DNA of 64,000 bases from Balanoglossus misakiensis. Lineage: Eukaryota; Animalia; Hemichordata. Both the position numbers and the translations under genes were made by a program. A model generated the notes under the pieces. The model saw nothing but the letters and a program-made list of their open reading frames with translations, searched no databases and was not told where the DNA came from. Where the stretch lies: NCBI GenBank assembly GCA_040954595.2, contig CM082598.2, positions 7,393,097 to 7,457,096 on the forward strand, given 5' to 3'. Shown here one piece after another: positions 22,701-35,200 of the stretch. Numbering within the stretch: the first letter of the stretch is position 1; each line of letters starts with the position of its first letter.

Positions 22701-24405
22701 TGTCACATGCATATTTGTCCGGGTGAGTCAGAATTGCCCGACCGTCCTCGTACAACACACTTCATTGCAAACATAGCTGTCTTTTTGCAAGTTTTCCCAG
22801 TGATAATTTTGTGTTCAATGTGAAACTGATCGAGCATACTACTAGAGTCGTCAATTTTGTTATTGTTTGTTCTAGTTTGGTCAATGTGGAGTCTGGCTGC
22901 GTGTGAACCAGTGCCAGGAGGAGGCTTGGTCGGTCGCCGCAATAGAACTCGCGAGTGCCTCTTCGGCGGAACTCCCAATGTTGATATTGGGTGTACGGGA
23001 CATGACAATGAAACTGTGCATTGTGATACTCGCAGCGCCCTCGGTGAGTCTTTTAAATTTATGTCCGGCCCCTATAGTATTTCTGATGAATATTAATTAG
23101 CTCATGAATATTAATTATCCGACCAGCTCTCAGTGATGCAAGGCTGGGCAGAACCTTGGTACATTGTATACAGCATGTTAAAGTGATAGTAGAGTTTTTG
23201 TTTTGTGCATATTTGTGAAGGTAAATACTGATCACAATAAATTCAACGTCGTTTATGGTAGTGAGGGCCAGAAAAGTGCGTCGCCATATGGTCAGTTGAG
23301 GACTTAACCACAAACATTCATTCATAGATGGGTATATGTAAATTGGAGGTGATTCTTTAGGTCTTTAGCTTGGGTCTAAGTGATGGGGAAAACGCTTAAG
23401 TTACCAAATATTGTTAATTGCGATTGTCCTTTTTGAGATGCTTTATTGACACATTTTCCCTCTTGCCAACCGACAGTAAGCGGGGCCGCAGCGAACAAGA
23501 TTATCGAGGCTATCAAGCAGGAAGCTCAGGCTGGTACAGATATCTGTGCTCGTCGTCCAGATGCGGTGGGGTGCAATTCTGGTGAGTAACAAATGTGCCT
23601 GAGTGTTGAAATGTGAGCAGATAGAATGTAGGCCTATACATGTAGTGATGAGATGGCCTTGTCACAACTAAGGGAGTGTTGAAAGACTAGCAAGACAGCA
23701 GTTTGTATGATTATCGTCACGTGAATTTTTAACGAATTATCAAGATATAAAAAGTAATATTTAAGCATCGCTCGTGTTTCACTTCTTCCAGGCGATGGTG
23801 CATGGGGCAAGTGGTCTCCGTGGGGATCCTGTCCAGACAGTTGTGTTGGGTGGAATGTGCGCACGCGCACCAGAAAGTGTGACACTCCACCACCTGCAGA
23901 CGGAGGTGCAGACTGCGCAGGCGTTGATCGAGAAGAAAGGCCATGTAGGAAATCGCTTGTGCATTGCAGTAAGCAGATCATCTGTAACTGTAGACTATCT
24001 TTTTTTTCAGAATTTATGTTCTATGAATCGACCATGGTGTCCAGTTCGCCTACTTATCTATGTTCAACTTCATAGCCTTATCTTGGCATGGAATTTATAT
24101 AACTTTATTTTTTATTTATATAATATTGATATAACTATCACAAATCTGATTCGCAAGTCAAGGAGCCAATCGAATCGTCCATACATGGTTTTCAAACGTT
24201 GAAGTGATTACTGGTGTTTTTTGCTCCACAGACTGCTCAGATCCGGGAACGATAGAGAATGGTCATGTGACTGTTGTAAGAACTGACTATCTGACATTCA
24301 AGTGTGAGTGGAACGAAAAAGCCAAGATATTTTACTCTTTGTTCGGAAAAAAATCAAGCATGTGCATTGACGGTGAATGGTCAAATCCTCTGCCTGTTTG
24401 CAAAG
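19777..24405 (+). CDS. 3'-truncated paralog of the PAN-EGF-TSP1-CCP gene (exons 1-7: 19777-20139, 21429-21561, 22549-22722, 22876-23043, 23477-23581, 23792-23968, 24232-24405); may be a pseudogene
   Basis: All seven exons are open with conserved splice sites (exon 6 has one extra codon). No counterpart of exons 8-10 lies downstream. Confidence 0.7.
20188..21326 (-). mobile_element. 5'-truncated, degenerate L1/Tx1-clade non-LTR retrotransposon (ORF2 C-terminus with zf-RVT, 3' UTR, poly(A))
   Basis: ORF 20474..20857: WTKIWKLPFETTKEMKLRVFQFKINHRILATN..DSCQHC..IEHVFWEC..KFW..LLNHLLIIAKYHLY. T-run at 20188-20196 is poly(A) on the minus strand. Absent from duplicate copy 1. Confidence 0.88.
21949..22033 (-). 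mobile_element. Very short retroposon 3' tail (L2/CR1-like or a SINE sharing such a tail)
   Basis: Absent from copy 1. Minus strand reads AGCGCC..GGCGCTTTATAAAT..TGATTGATTTGATTTGA, a stem-loop plus short-repeat tail. Possible ACTT target duplication. Confidence 0.55.
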
Positions 24406-24413
24406 GTAATATA

Positions 24414-24440
24414 CATGTATGTATGTATGTATGTGTTGTG

Positions 24441-24487
<47 letters not shown>

Positions 24488-24531
24488 TATGTATGTATGT
24501 ATGTATGTATGTATGTATGTATGTATGTATG
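24414..24531. repeat. Compound (TG)n/(TGTA)n microsatellite at the duplication end
   Basis: Directly visible; homology with copy 1 stops here. Confidence 0.95.
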
Positions 24532-25120
24532 TCCGTCCACATCAAAAACTTGAAAACCGCTGTGTGTATCACTGTGATGTTTTTATTAAAGCTTCACTAG
24601 CAGTAATTTTCATGTTTTTATATTTCATACATGCCCACTGCTCAAAATAACACCTAGCTATGTGCAATGAACAGGTCATTTTTTCCAATTCAAATCACAT
24701 CCTCCATCTTGAAAATAAATCTGGAGGGAACTAAAGAGCTGTTTCTACCTTCTTATGAAATGAAACTTTATAAATGTGCAGGTGCACTTAAAAGTAGTCT
24801 TATTTTTCAGTATATTGATTATGTCTTGTTAGAGAACAGTTTTTCACACATTTGTTTTCAGTTGTATCACAGGTCAGAGGTTGCCAGAGCATTTGCACAT
24901 GGCCTAATCTTTCAGTCTGTGCTCCTCTACTAGCGCATATAAAATCTATCTTCAAAATAATTTTAATTTATCTCTGGTGAAATATCATCATTGGGGCAAA
25001 GCGCCCACATAGGAATGAAAAATAGATTTTAATGGGAGCCCCAAGACTGCTCTTTGGATAAAAGTTGTCAATCTACAAACTTTACAATTGTGTGCATGTT
25101 TTGCCAATCAAAAACATAAT

Positions 25121-27817
25121 TTAAGCATTATTACTTAGCGAATGACAGTCCATCAAGGGACTGTTGGTGAATAAACTATCCTCTGTTACATATACTGCAA
25201 CTCTGGGAAATTTGTCCAACCTAAAGATAACTCCCACTTTTCTCAAAACTATCTACTGCTCACTGATTAGTTAAAAACTGACCTCCTCCACCCCTTCACA
25301 TACAAAACATGGATGTGACACATTTTGTTTAATATCTGGTACACAAATCTTGGCTAAGCCTAAAATATAAACTCAAATAAAAATAAGTCTGTATGTAAAT
25401 TTTCTACTTACTGAGCATGCTGCAAGGGAATGGCTCTTTCCCCTAAACCTCTTGCATTTACTTCAATAGTTACCAGATCCCTGTACAGTTTTCTACACTC
25501 TTCTTCAGTCATAGTCTCTGCCCCAGCAAGGAAATAAACATCCTGTAATAATGAAATGTGGCAATAATGACACATACATTTTTAACATAAACATTCAGAA
25601 TGCAGTGTTTTAATTTTTTTCTTGAAGAACCCCAATAGATCTATGTTAAATGATATATTGTGAATGCCTATAAAAGTTATTGTGGCATATCGATGCGTCC
25701 TTTATCAAAGAAATTTTGTAGCAAAATATGATAAAGCATTCAATGTTGCATAACTGAGTCTAAGATGTAGCATGCCTCTTTACTCTTGTACTTAAACTAT
25801 ATTCCCTCTCCAAATTGTCTCTCTCGCAGTACCGGGGTATTCACCATTCAGTGTGTAAGGTCACTGTATCATTATGAACAAGACTTGATAAAACAGAATG
25901 GTCATGAGTAAGGTTTTAAGTTATGCTTGAGTAGAATATCAACAACACTAAGTTCCAGAAGGAAATTACTTCCAGTTGATCCTCAGTCAGTGGTGCAGCC
26001 AGCAGCACACACCCCTCTGCTATGTGGTGGGGTGTATGCTGCTGGCGAATATCCATGCTAAGCAGTGTTATGTCTGCCAGATACTATAACAAAATGAAAA
26101 ATTAATGAAGTCATGTACTAATTAGTCATTTTGCCAAAATACTGGCACCAATTAAACAATTTGCTCAAGCAGACTGTAAACAGAATCCATTGTTAGAAGA
26201 CTACTGACAGATGAACTCTAAATTTCTCACTTTGGCAACTTGCCTAGTATCCTCTTGGATCTGTGGATGCGACTCCCACAGATACCCCAGAAAGGTTGCC
26301 ACTGAAACTGTGGATAATTTGAAATCTAATAATTTCATTATCCACAGTTCCATCTGGCAAACCTCCCTGGGAGTAAATGTGTTTGCCTTGTAATCTGAGA
26401 AAACCGTGGCTTTGTATACTTCAATTTCATGAAGTTTGCTGTTATTGAAAGAAAGAAAATAATATAGCTTTGTATACAATTATGTGTTCATACGTTATTT
26501 TAAACAGAAAAAAAAACATTAAATCTATGTATTAAGGGCGCTTCAGATTTGCTAATCAAAATTATTTTTTTATTCTAAGTCTAATATCAAAATCGAACAA
26601 TTTATCAGAGGTAACAACAGAAAGAAAGCATTATCAAACTTGTCTAGTGAGGGCGCTTCAGCTTGAACAATGCATAGTCTGGTCCACTGCTTTATTTTCA
26701 CCACTGGCTGGCGCTGCTCAAAAACAGGGTCGGGTATGGGGCAGCGATTTAGCCAGATTTTTTACTACATAGTGAGGATATTGACAAGACTGACAAGTTA
26801 CAACGCGCATCTGTGCTTTGGATTTCAAATCATAACTATATTTTTAAAACTTATTATTCAACAAAATCAAACACAAAATTAATCATAGTCAATCACTGTA
26901 CACTGATGCCTTAGGCTGCATTCACAGACACCTCTGGAGGGGGGGGGGGGCGGGAGAATTCAATTTTTTTACCGTTAATTTTCACATGCCCCCCGTGCAC
27001 AACCCGAAATATTTCAAATCCCCCCCTTCCGAACTGCTAAAATTTTGAAATCCCCCCCTACTTTCTTTCACACAGCACCTATCTATCTTGTAAAAAAGAA
27101 AAACAGCGCTCCCATGAAAAGAATTTGAAACTGATGTTTTTCCTCATCAGTGGGTAATAATACTGAACATTGTTTATATTTTTTAAAGTATTTGTATACT
27201 GTGTTGGCAGACATTGTAAAACGAGAAGTGACGGGGGTGGGTGTCCTCCTCCCACGTAAGAAAATTTTATAAAACACAGAGCTCAAAGCTGCATTTTAAT
27301 GAACCCAAAAGCAAATTTAACTCAACTACTGGTATGTTGGGGAGGACAAATTTAACCTTCCCCGCGCAAAGTTAGCATGGGGAGGGGGGGGGGGGGCAAG
27401 TCCACTGTCCTGGGACACTAGATAAACCAGTCAATGATTGAAAGGTGTTGATGAATGACTGGGGTGGGTGTGGGAGGGTGTCCCCCTCCCACATTAGAAA
27501 AAAATTGTATTATGAAGGGTTCAAAACTGCATTTTTGTGGACTCAAAATAAATATTTAGTCCTCAAAGTTTTCAAGCCCCCCCCTTTCAGTCCCTAAATT
27601 AGAGGTGTCTGTGAATGCAGCCTTACCTAGCTGTAAACAGGCTGGCAGCACCCACTAGTTGCATCAGTTCGGCGTGAAAACCCCTGCACCGAACTATAAA
27701 ATTGTCTGTGTACCACACAGCTGTTGAGATCGTCTCGTCATAAAAGTTCAACTCCTTTGCAACAGCAAACACCCAGTCGACATGGATTGCTCTGTACTAT
27801 TGTTCCGTGGGAGTTAA
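25121..27817 (-). CDS. Divergent cyclin (cyclin N and C domains, A/B-like), 5' end not found. Exons 27817(or 27796)-27627, 26438-26231, 26083-25970, 25542-25412, 25220-25121
   Basis: Spliced translation: YRAIHVDWVFAVAKELNFYDETISTAVWYTDNF..LMQLVGAASLFTAS|KLHE..TFTPREVCQMELWIMKLLDFKLSTVSVATFL..QVAK|YLADITLL..HTPHHIAEGCVLLA..|DVYF..|LDKFPRVA..*. It follows the cyclin box (RAILVDW..ET..AV..DRF..QLVG..LFIASK.EE..ME..L..L.F.L). Introns are GT-AG with matching phases. Confidence 0.82.
26914..27622. mobile_element. MITE, PIF/Harbinger-like (22-bp TIRs, TTA target duplication)
   Basis: GGCTGCATTCACAGACACCTCT (26914-26935) and its exact reverse complement (27601-27622), flanked by TTA on both sides. 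Confidence 0.92.
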
Positions 27818-30800
27818 CTGAGGTGAAAGAAACGATAATAGTTACACAAGAAGGTAAGGAAAACGACTGGCATATGACAAGCGAACGCGTGACGTGACAA
27901 GAGCGCGGAGAAACTGATGGCTTATCCGTATACGTTACGTTCACGTATGCATATGCAATCGTAATCTTATAGTCAGGGAGAGACCTGTGGCTTGCGTTAC
28001 CATGGACGCACGCAGATGTTGCCAGGACAACAAGACAGGTCTCCAAGAGATGCAAGACGTGTAACCGAAATGCGCGTTTTATTTATTTATTTTGGGGGGT
28101 GGGGGGTGGTCGGGTCTGGTTATTCCGTCCACCCCAAAAGCAATAGGCAAAACCTCGAGCTACGGTACTGCAGCTAACATGTTGGGTGTCAAAACGTTTC
28201 AAAGTTTAACACTTACGCGGCTGTGATAAACCCTTTGATAAGCCCTGTCTACAACCCACTAAGTCGTGAATGTGACTCGTGATGCCGAGCTTTTATTCTT
28301 GATTTGGCACAATGTGGACAAGTGAAGAAATAAATCGAACAAATAGTAATTATTCATATTTTTCTAAAATCGACGAAGTTTTGAGATTTTGCAAAAGTAT
28401 TTTTTTCGATGATTTTTATGAGCTATAACCCATTTTTTAAAATCAAAAATGAAGAATTTTTGAACATTTTCAAAGTCGAAAAAGTGTCATTTTATGATGA
28501 TTTTCATGAGCTATAACCAATGATTTTTTTTTATCAAAAATGAAGAATTTTTGAAAATTTTCCAAGTCCAAAAATTGTCATTTGTTGATGATTTTCATGA
28601 TCTATAGCCAATGATTTTTTTTCAAATATTGACGAAATTTTGAGATTTTGCAAAGTCGAAACTTTTTCATGTTTTGATTATTTTCATGATCTATAACCCA
28701 TGTTTTTTTTTCAGAAATCGACGAAATTTCGAGATTTTGCAAAGTCGAAAAAATTGTCATTTTTGATGATTTTCATGATCTATAACCCATGATTTTTTTC
28801 AAAAATTTGCGAAATTTTGAGATTTTGCAAAGTTGTAAAATTCTCATTTTTTGATGATATTATGAGCAATAACCCATGATTTTTTTTCAAAAATCGACGA
28901 ATTTTTGAGATTTTGCAGTCGAAAAATGATCATTTTTGATGATTTTCATGAGTTATACAACATAATTTTTTTTCAAAAATCGACGAATATTTGATATTTC
29001 GCAAAGTCGAAAAATTGTCATTTTTTGATGACTTTCTTAAGCTATAACCCATGTTTTTTTCAAAAATCGACGAAATTTTGAGATTTTGCAAAGTCGAAAA
29101 ATTATCAATTTTTGATGATTTTCATGATCTATAACCCATGATTTTTTTTGGTTAAAAATGAAGAATTTTTGAAAATTTTCAGTCTCAAAATTGTCATTTT
29201 TTGATGATTTTCATGAGCTATATATAACCCATGATTTTTTTTTCAAAAATCGACTTATATTTGAGATTTCGCAAAGTCGACAAATTGTAATTTTTTTGAT
29301 GATTTTCAAGATCTATAAACCCATGATTTTTTTAAAAATCGACGAATTTTTGAGATTTCGCAAAGTCGAAAAATTTTCATTTTTTGATGATTTTCATGAT
29401 CTATAACCCATGTTTTTTTCAGAAATCGTCGAAATTTTGAGATTTTGCAAAGTCGAAAAAATTGTCATTTTTTATGATTTTCAACCAATGATTTTCTTTC
29501 AAAAAATGACGAAATTTAGAGATTTTGCAAAATTGAAAAATTGTCATTTTTTGATGATTTTAAACCCATGATTTTTTTCAAAAATTTACGAAATTTTGAG
29601 ATTTTGCAAAGTTGAAAAATTGTCATTTTTTGATGATTTTTAACCAATGATTTTTTTCAAAAATTGACGAAATTTTTGAGATTTTTCAAAGTTGAAAAAT
29701 TGTCATTTTTTGATGATTTTCAACCCATGATTTTTTTCAAAAATTGACGAAATTTTGAGATTTTGCAAAGTTGAAAAATTGTCATTTTTTATGATATTCA
29801 AGAGCTATATATAACCCATGATTTTTTTTTTCAAAAATCGACTTATATTTGAGATTTCGCAAAGTCGAAAAATTGTAATATTTTGATGATTTTCATTATC
29901 TATAACCCATGGTATTTTTCAAAAAATCGACGATTCGCAAAGTCGAACCTTTTTTTATTTTTTGATGATTTTTCATCATCTATAACCCATGGTATTTTTC
30001 AAAAAATTACGAAATTTTGAGATTTTGCAGAGTTGAAAAATTGTCATTTTTTTGATGATTTTCATTTCATGATTTTTTTCAATAATTTACGAATTTTTTT
30101 GAGATTGTGCAAAGTTGAAAAATTGTCAATTTTTGATGATTTTCATGATCTATAACAAATGACTTTTTTCAAATATTGACGAAATTTTGAGATTTTGCAA
30201 AGTTCTAAAATTGTCATTTTTTATTACTTTCAACCCATTTTTTTCAAATATTGACGAAATTTTGAGATTTTGCAAAATTGAAAAATTGTCATTTTTTGAT
30301 GATTTTCAACCCATGATTTTTTTTCAAAAATCGACGAAATTTTAAGATTTTGCAATGTTTAAAATTGTCATTTTTTGATGATTTTCATTAGTATAATCAT
30401 GATTTTTTTTCAAAAATTGACGAAATTTTGAGATTTTGCAAAATAAAAAATGTGTCATTTTTTGATGATTTTCATGAGCTATAACCCATGATTTTTTTCA
30501 AAAATCGACAAATTTTGAGATTTCGCAAAGTCGAAAAATTGTAATTTTTTGATGATTTTCATAATCTATAACCCATGTTTTTTTCAAAAACGACTAATAT
30601 TTGAGATTTCGCAAAGTCGACAAATTGTCATTTTTTGATGATTATCAACCCATGATTTTTTTCTAAAATCGACGAAATTTTGAGATTTTGCAAAGTTGAA
30701 AAATTGTCATTTTTTGATGATTTTCATGAGCTATAACCCATGATTTTTTTCAAAAATTGACGAAATTTTGAGATTTTGCAAAATAAAAAATGTGTCATTT

Positions 30801-31736
30801 TTGATGATTTTCATGAGCTATAACCCATGATTTTTTTCAAAAATCGACAAATTTTGAGATTTCGCAAAGTCGAAAAATTGTAATTTTTTGATGATTTTCA
30901 TGATCTATAACCCATGTTTTTTTCAAAAACGACTAATATTTGAGATTTCGCAAAGTCGTCAAATTGTCATTTTTTGATGATTATCAACCCATGATTTTTT
31001 TTCAAAAATCGACGAAATTTTGAGATTTCGCAAAGTCGAAAAATTGTCATTTTTTGATGATTTTCATGAGTTATAACCCATGATTTTTTTTCAAAAATCG
31101 ACGAATTTTTGAGATTTTGCGAGATTGAAAAATTGTCATTTTTTGATGATTTTCATGATCTATAACCCATGTTTTTTCAGAAATCGTCGAAATTTTGAGA
31201 TTTTGCAAAGTCGAAAAAATTGTCATTTTTTATGATTTTCAACCAATGATTTTTTTTCAAAAATTGACGAAATTTAGAGATTTTGCAAAATTGAAAAATT
31301 GTCATTTTTTGATGATTTTAAACCCATGATTTTTTTCAAAAATTTACGAAATTTTGAGATTTTGCAAAGTTGAAAAATTGTCATTTTTTGATGATTTTTA
31401 ACCAATGATTTTTTTTTTTAAATATTGACGAAATTTTGAGATTTTGCAAAGTTGAAAAGTTGTCATTTTTTGATGATTTTCAACCCATGATTTTTTTCAA
31501 ATATTGACGAAATTTTGAGATTTTGCAAAGTTGAAAAATAGTCATTTTTTGATGATTTTCAACCCATGATTTTTTTCAAATATTGATGAAATTTTGAGAT
31601 TTTGCAAAGTTGAAAAATTGTCATATTTTGATGATTTTCAACCCATGATTTTTTTTTCAAAAATCGACGAAATTTTGAGATTTTGCAAAGTTGAAAAATT
31701 GTCATTTTTTGATGATTTTCAACCCATGATTTTTTT

Positions 31737-32256
31737 CCAGGCTAACCAATAGGGCTATAGGTTTGGTTTTTGTTGAACATAGACCACTATAAGGTCAAAA
31801 TTTCTTGCCCAAATTTTGCATGACCTCAGGTGACCTTTGACCTACTTTATCATATCTTGGCATCCAGAGCAGGTACAGACTTGCCGTTTGGAGGGTTGGG
31901 ACTAAAATTGAAAAGCCAAAATTGGGGGTCACCTGTGACACCTGCATATCTCATTAATTATGTGCATACCTAATTCCAGGCTAACCAATAGGGCTATAGG
32001 TTTGCTTTTTGTTGAACATGGACCAGTATAGGGTCAACATTTCTTGCCCAAATTTTGCATAACCTCAGGTGACCTTTGACCTACTTTTCCATATCTTGGC
32101 ATCCAGAGCAGATATGCTTATTGCTATGTTGCTATGTTGGTTTGGGCCCGATATTGCTGCTTGCAGATCTGCTTGCAATGTCACCTGTAATTTTTATTCT
32201 GGTGTGTCACTGTTTCCGCATAATCCTCAAATGGGACCACAGTGTCCTTGACGCTA
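31737..32256. mobile_element. 520-bp non-satellite insert, copy 1 (probable truncated HINE-like element with a 239-bp internal repeat)
   Basis: CCAGGCTAACCAATAGGGCTATAGG at 31737 and 31976. TGACCTTTGACC core motif. About 145-bp unique end finishing GGGACCACAGTGTCCTTGACGCTA next to a T-tract. Confidence 0.7.
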
Positions 32257-35200
32257 TTTTTTGATGATTTTCAACCCACGATTTTTTTCAAATATTGACG
32301 AAATTTTGAGATTTTGCAAAGTTGAAAAATTGTCATTTTTTGATGATTTTCAACCCATGATTTTTTTTCAAAAATCGACGAAATTTTGAGATTTTGCAAA
32401 GTTGAAAAATTATCATTTTTTGATGATTTTCAACCCATGATTTTTTTCAAATATTGACGAAATTTCGAGATTTTGCAAAGTTGAAAAATTTACATTTTTT
32501 GATGATTTTCAACCCATGATTTTTTTCAAAAATCGACGAAATTTTAAGATTTTGCAATGTTTAAAATGTGTCATTTTTTGATGATTTTCATGAGCTATAA
32601 CCCATGATTTTTTTCAAAAATCGACGAATTTTGAGATTTCGCAAAGTCGAAAAATTGTAATTTTTTGATGATTTTCATGATCTATAACCAATGTTTTTTT
32701 CAAAAACGACTAATATTTGACATTTCGCAAAGTCGACAAATTGTCATTTTTTGATGATTATCAACCCATGATTTTTTTCAAAAATCGACGAAATTTTGAG
32801 ATTTTGCAAAGTAAAAAATGTGTCTTTTTTGATGATTTTCATGAGCTGTAACCCATGATTTTTTTCAAAAATCGACGAATTTTTGAGATTTCGCAAAGTC
32901 GAAAAATTGTCATTTTTTGATGATTTTCATGAGTTATAACCCATGATTTTTTTTCAAAAATCGACGAATTTTTGAGATTTTGCGAGATTGAAAAATTGTC
33001 ATTTTTTGATGATTTTCATGATCTATAACCCATGTTTTTTTCAGAAATCGTCGAAATTTTGAGATTTTGCAAAGTCGAAAAAATTTTCATTTTTTATGAT
33101 TTTCAACCAATGATTTTTTTTCAAAAATTGACGAAATTTAGAGATTTTGCAAAATTGAAAAATTGTCATTTTTTGATGATTTTAAACCCATGATTTTTTT
33201 CAAAAATTTACGAAATTTTGAGATTTTGCAAAGTTGAAAAATTGTCATTTTTTGATGATTTTCAACCCATGATTTTTTTCAAATATTGACGAAATTTTGA
33301 GATTTTGCAAAGTTGAAAAATTGTCATATTTTGATGATTTTCAACCCATGATTTTTTTCAAAAATCGACGAAATTTTGAGATTTTGCAAAGTTGAAAAAT
33401 TGTCATTTTTTGATGATTTTCAACCCATGATTTTTTTCAAATATTGACGAAATTTTGAGATTTTGCAAAGTTGAAAAATTGTCATATTTTGATGATTTTC
33501 AACCCATGATTTTTTTTCAAAAATCGACGAAATTTTGAGATTTTGCAAAGTTGAAAAATTGTCAATTTTTGATGATTTTCATGATCTATAACAAATGATT
33601 TTTTTCAAATATTGACGACATTTTGAGATTTTACAAAGTTGAAAAAATGTCATTTTTCGATGATTTTCAACCCATGATTTTTTTTCATAAATCGACGAAA
33701 TTTTGAGATTTTGCAAAGTTGAAAAATTGTCATTTTTTGATGATTTTCAACCCATGATTTTTTTCAAATATTGACGAAATTTTGAGATTTTGCAAAGTTG
33801 AAAAATTGTCATTTTTTGATAATTTTCATCAGATATAATCATGATTTTTTTCAAAAATCGACGAAATTTTGAGATTTTGCAAAGTTAAAAAAATTGTCAT
33901 TTTTTGATGATTTTCAACACATGATTTTTTTCATAAATGGACGAAATTTTGAGATTTTGCAAAGTTGAAAAATTATCATTTTTTGATGACTTTTAACCTA
34001 TGATTTTTTTCAAATATTGACGAAATTTTGAGATTTTGCAAAGTTGATAATTGTCATTTTTTGATGATTTTCAACCCATGATTTTTTTCAAAAATCGACG
34101 AAATGTTGAGATTTTGCAAAATAAAAAAATGTGTCATTTTTTGATGATTTTCATGAGCTATAACCCATGATTTTTTTTCAAAAATCGACGAATTTTGAGA
34201 TTTCACAAAGTCGAAAAATTGTCATTTTTTGATGATTTTCATGATCTTTAATCCGTTTTTTTCAAAAACGACTAATATTTGAGATTTCGCAAAGTCGACA
34301 AATTGTCATTTTTTGATGATTATCAACCCATGATTTTTTTCAAAAATCGACGAAATTTTGAGATTTTGCAAAGTAAAAAATGTGTCTTTTTTGATGATTT
34401 TCATGAGCTGTAACCCATGATTTTTTTCAAAAATCGACGAATTTTTGAGATTTCGCAAAGTCGAAAAATTGTCATTTTTTGATGATTTTCATGAGTTATA
34501 ACCCATGATTTTTTTTCAAAAATCGACGAATTTTTGAGATTTTGCGAGATTGAAAAATTGTCATTTTTTGATGATTTTCATGATCTATAACCCATGTTTT
34601 TTTCAGAAATCGTCGAAATTTTGAGATTTTGCAAAGCGAAAAAATTTTCATTTTTTATGATTTTCAACCAATGATTTTTTTTCAAAAATTGACGAAATTT
34701 AGAGATTTTGCAAAATTGAAAAATTGTCATTTTTTGATGATTTTAAACCCATGATTTTTTTCAAAAATTTACGAAATTTTGAGATTTTGCAAAGTTGAAA
34801 AATTGTCATTTTTTGATGATTTTCAACCCATGATTTTTTTCAAATATTGACGAAATTTTGAGATTTTGCAAAGTTGAAAAATTGTCATATTTTGATGATT
34901 TTCAACCCATGATTTTTTTCAAAAATCGACGAAATTTTGAGATTTTGCAAAGTTGAAAAATTGTCATTTTTTGATGATTTTCAACCCATGATTTTTTTCA
35001 AATATTGACGAAATTTTGAGATTTTGCAAAGTTGAAAAATTGTCATATTTTGATGATTTTCAACCCATGATTTTTTTTCAAAAATCGACGAAATTTTGAG
35101 ATTTTGCAAAGTTGAAAAATTGTCAATTTTTGATGATTTTCATGATCTATAACAAATGATTTTTTTCAAATATTGACGACATTTTGAGATTTTACAAAGT

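Larger units (their letters stand above)
18154..24531 (+). repeat. Segmental duplication, copy 2
   Basis: Colinear with 7588-14460. Lacks about 7979-9037 and 10653-11055, and carries its own insertions. Confidence 0.95.

Noticed and set aside
28200-28300. Candidate first cyclin exon ending at a minus-strand GTAAGT donor near 28215
   Set aside because: No in-frame ATG or convincing cyclin-like sequence in the phase needed; it could only be a UTR exon, which is unsupported.
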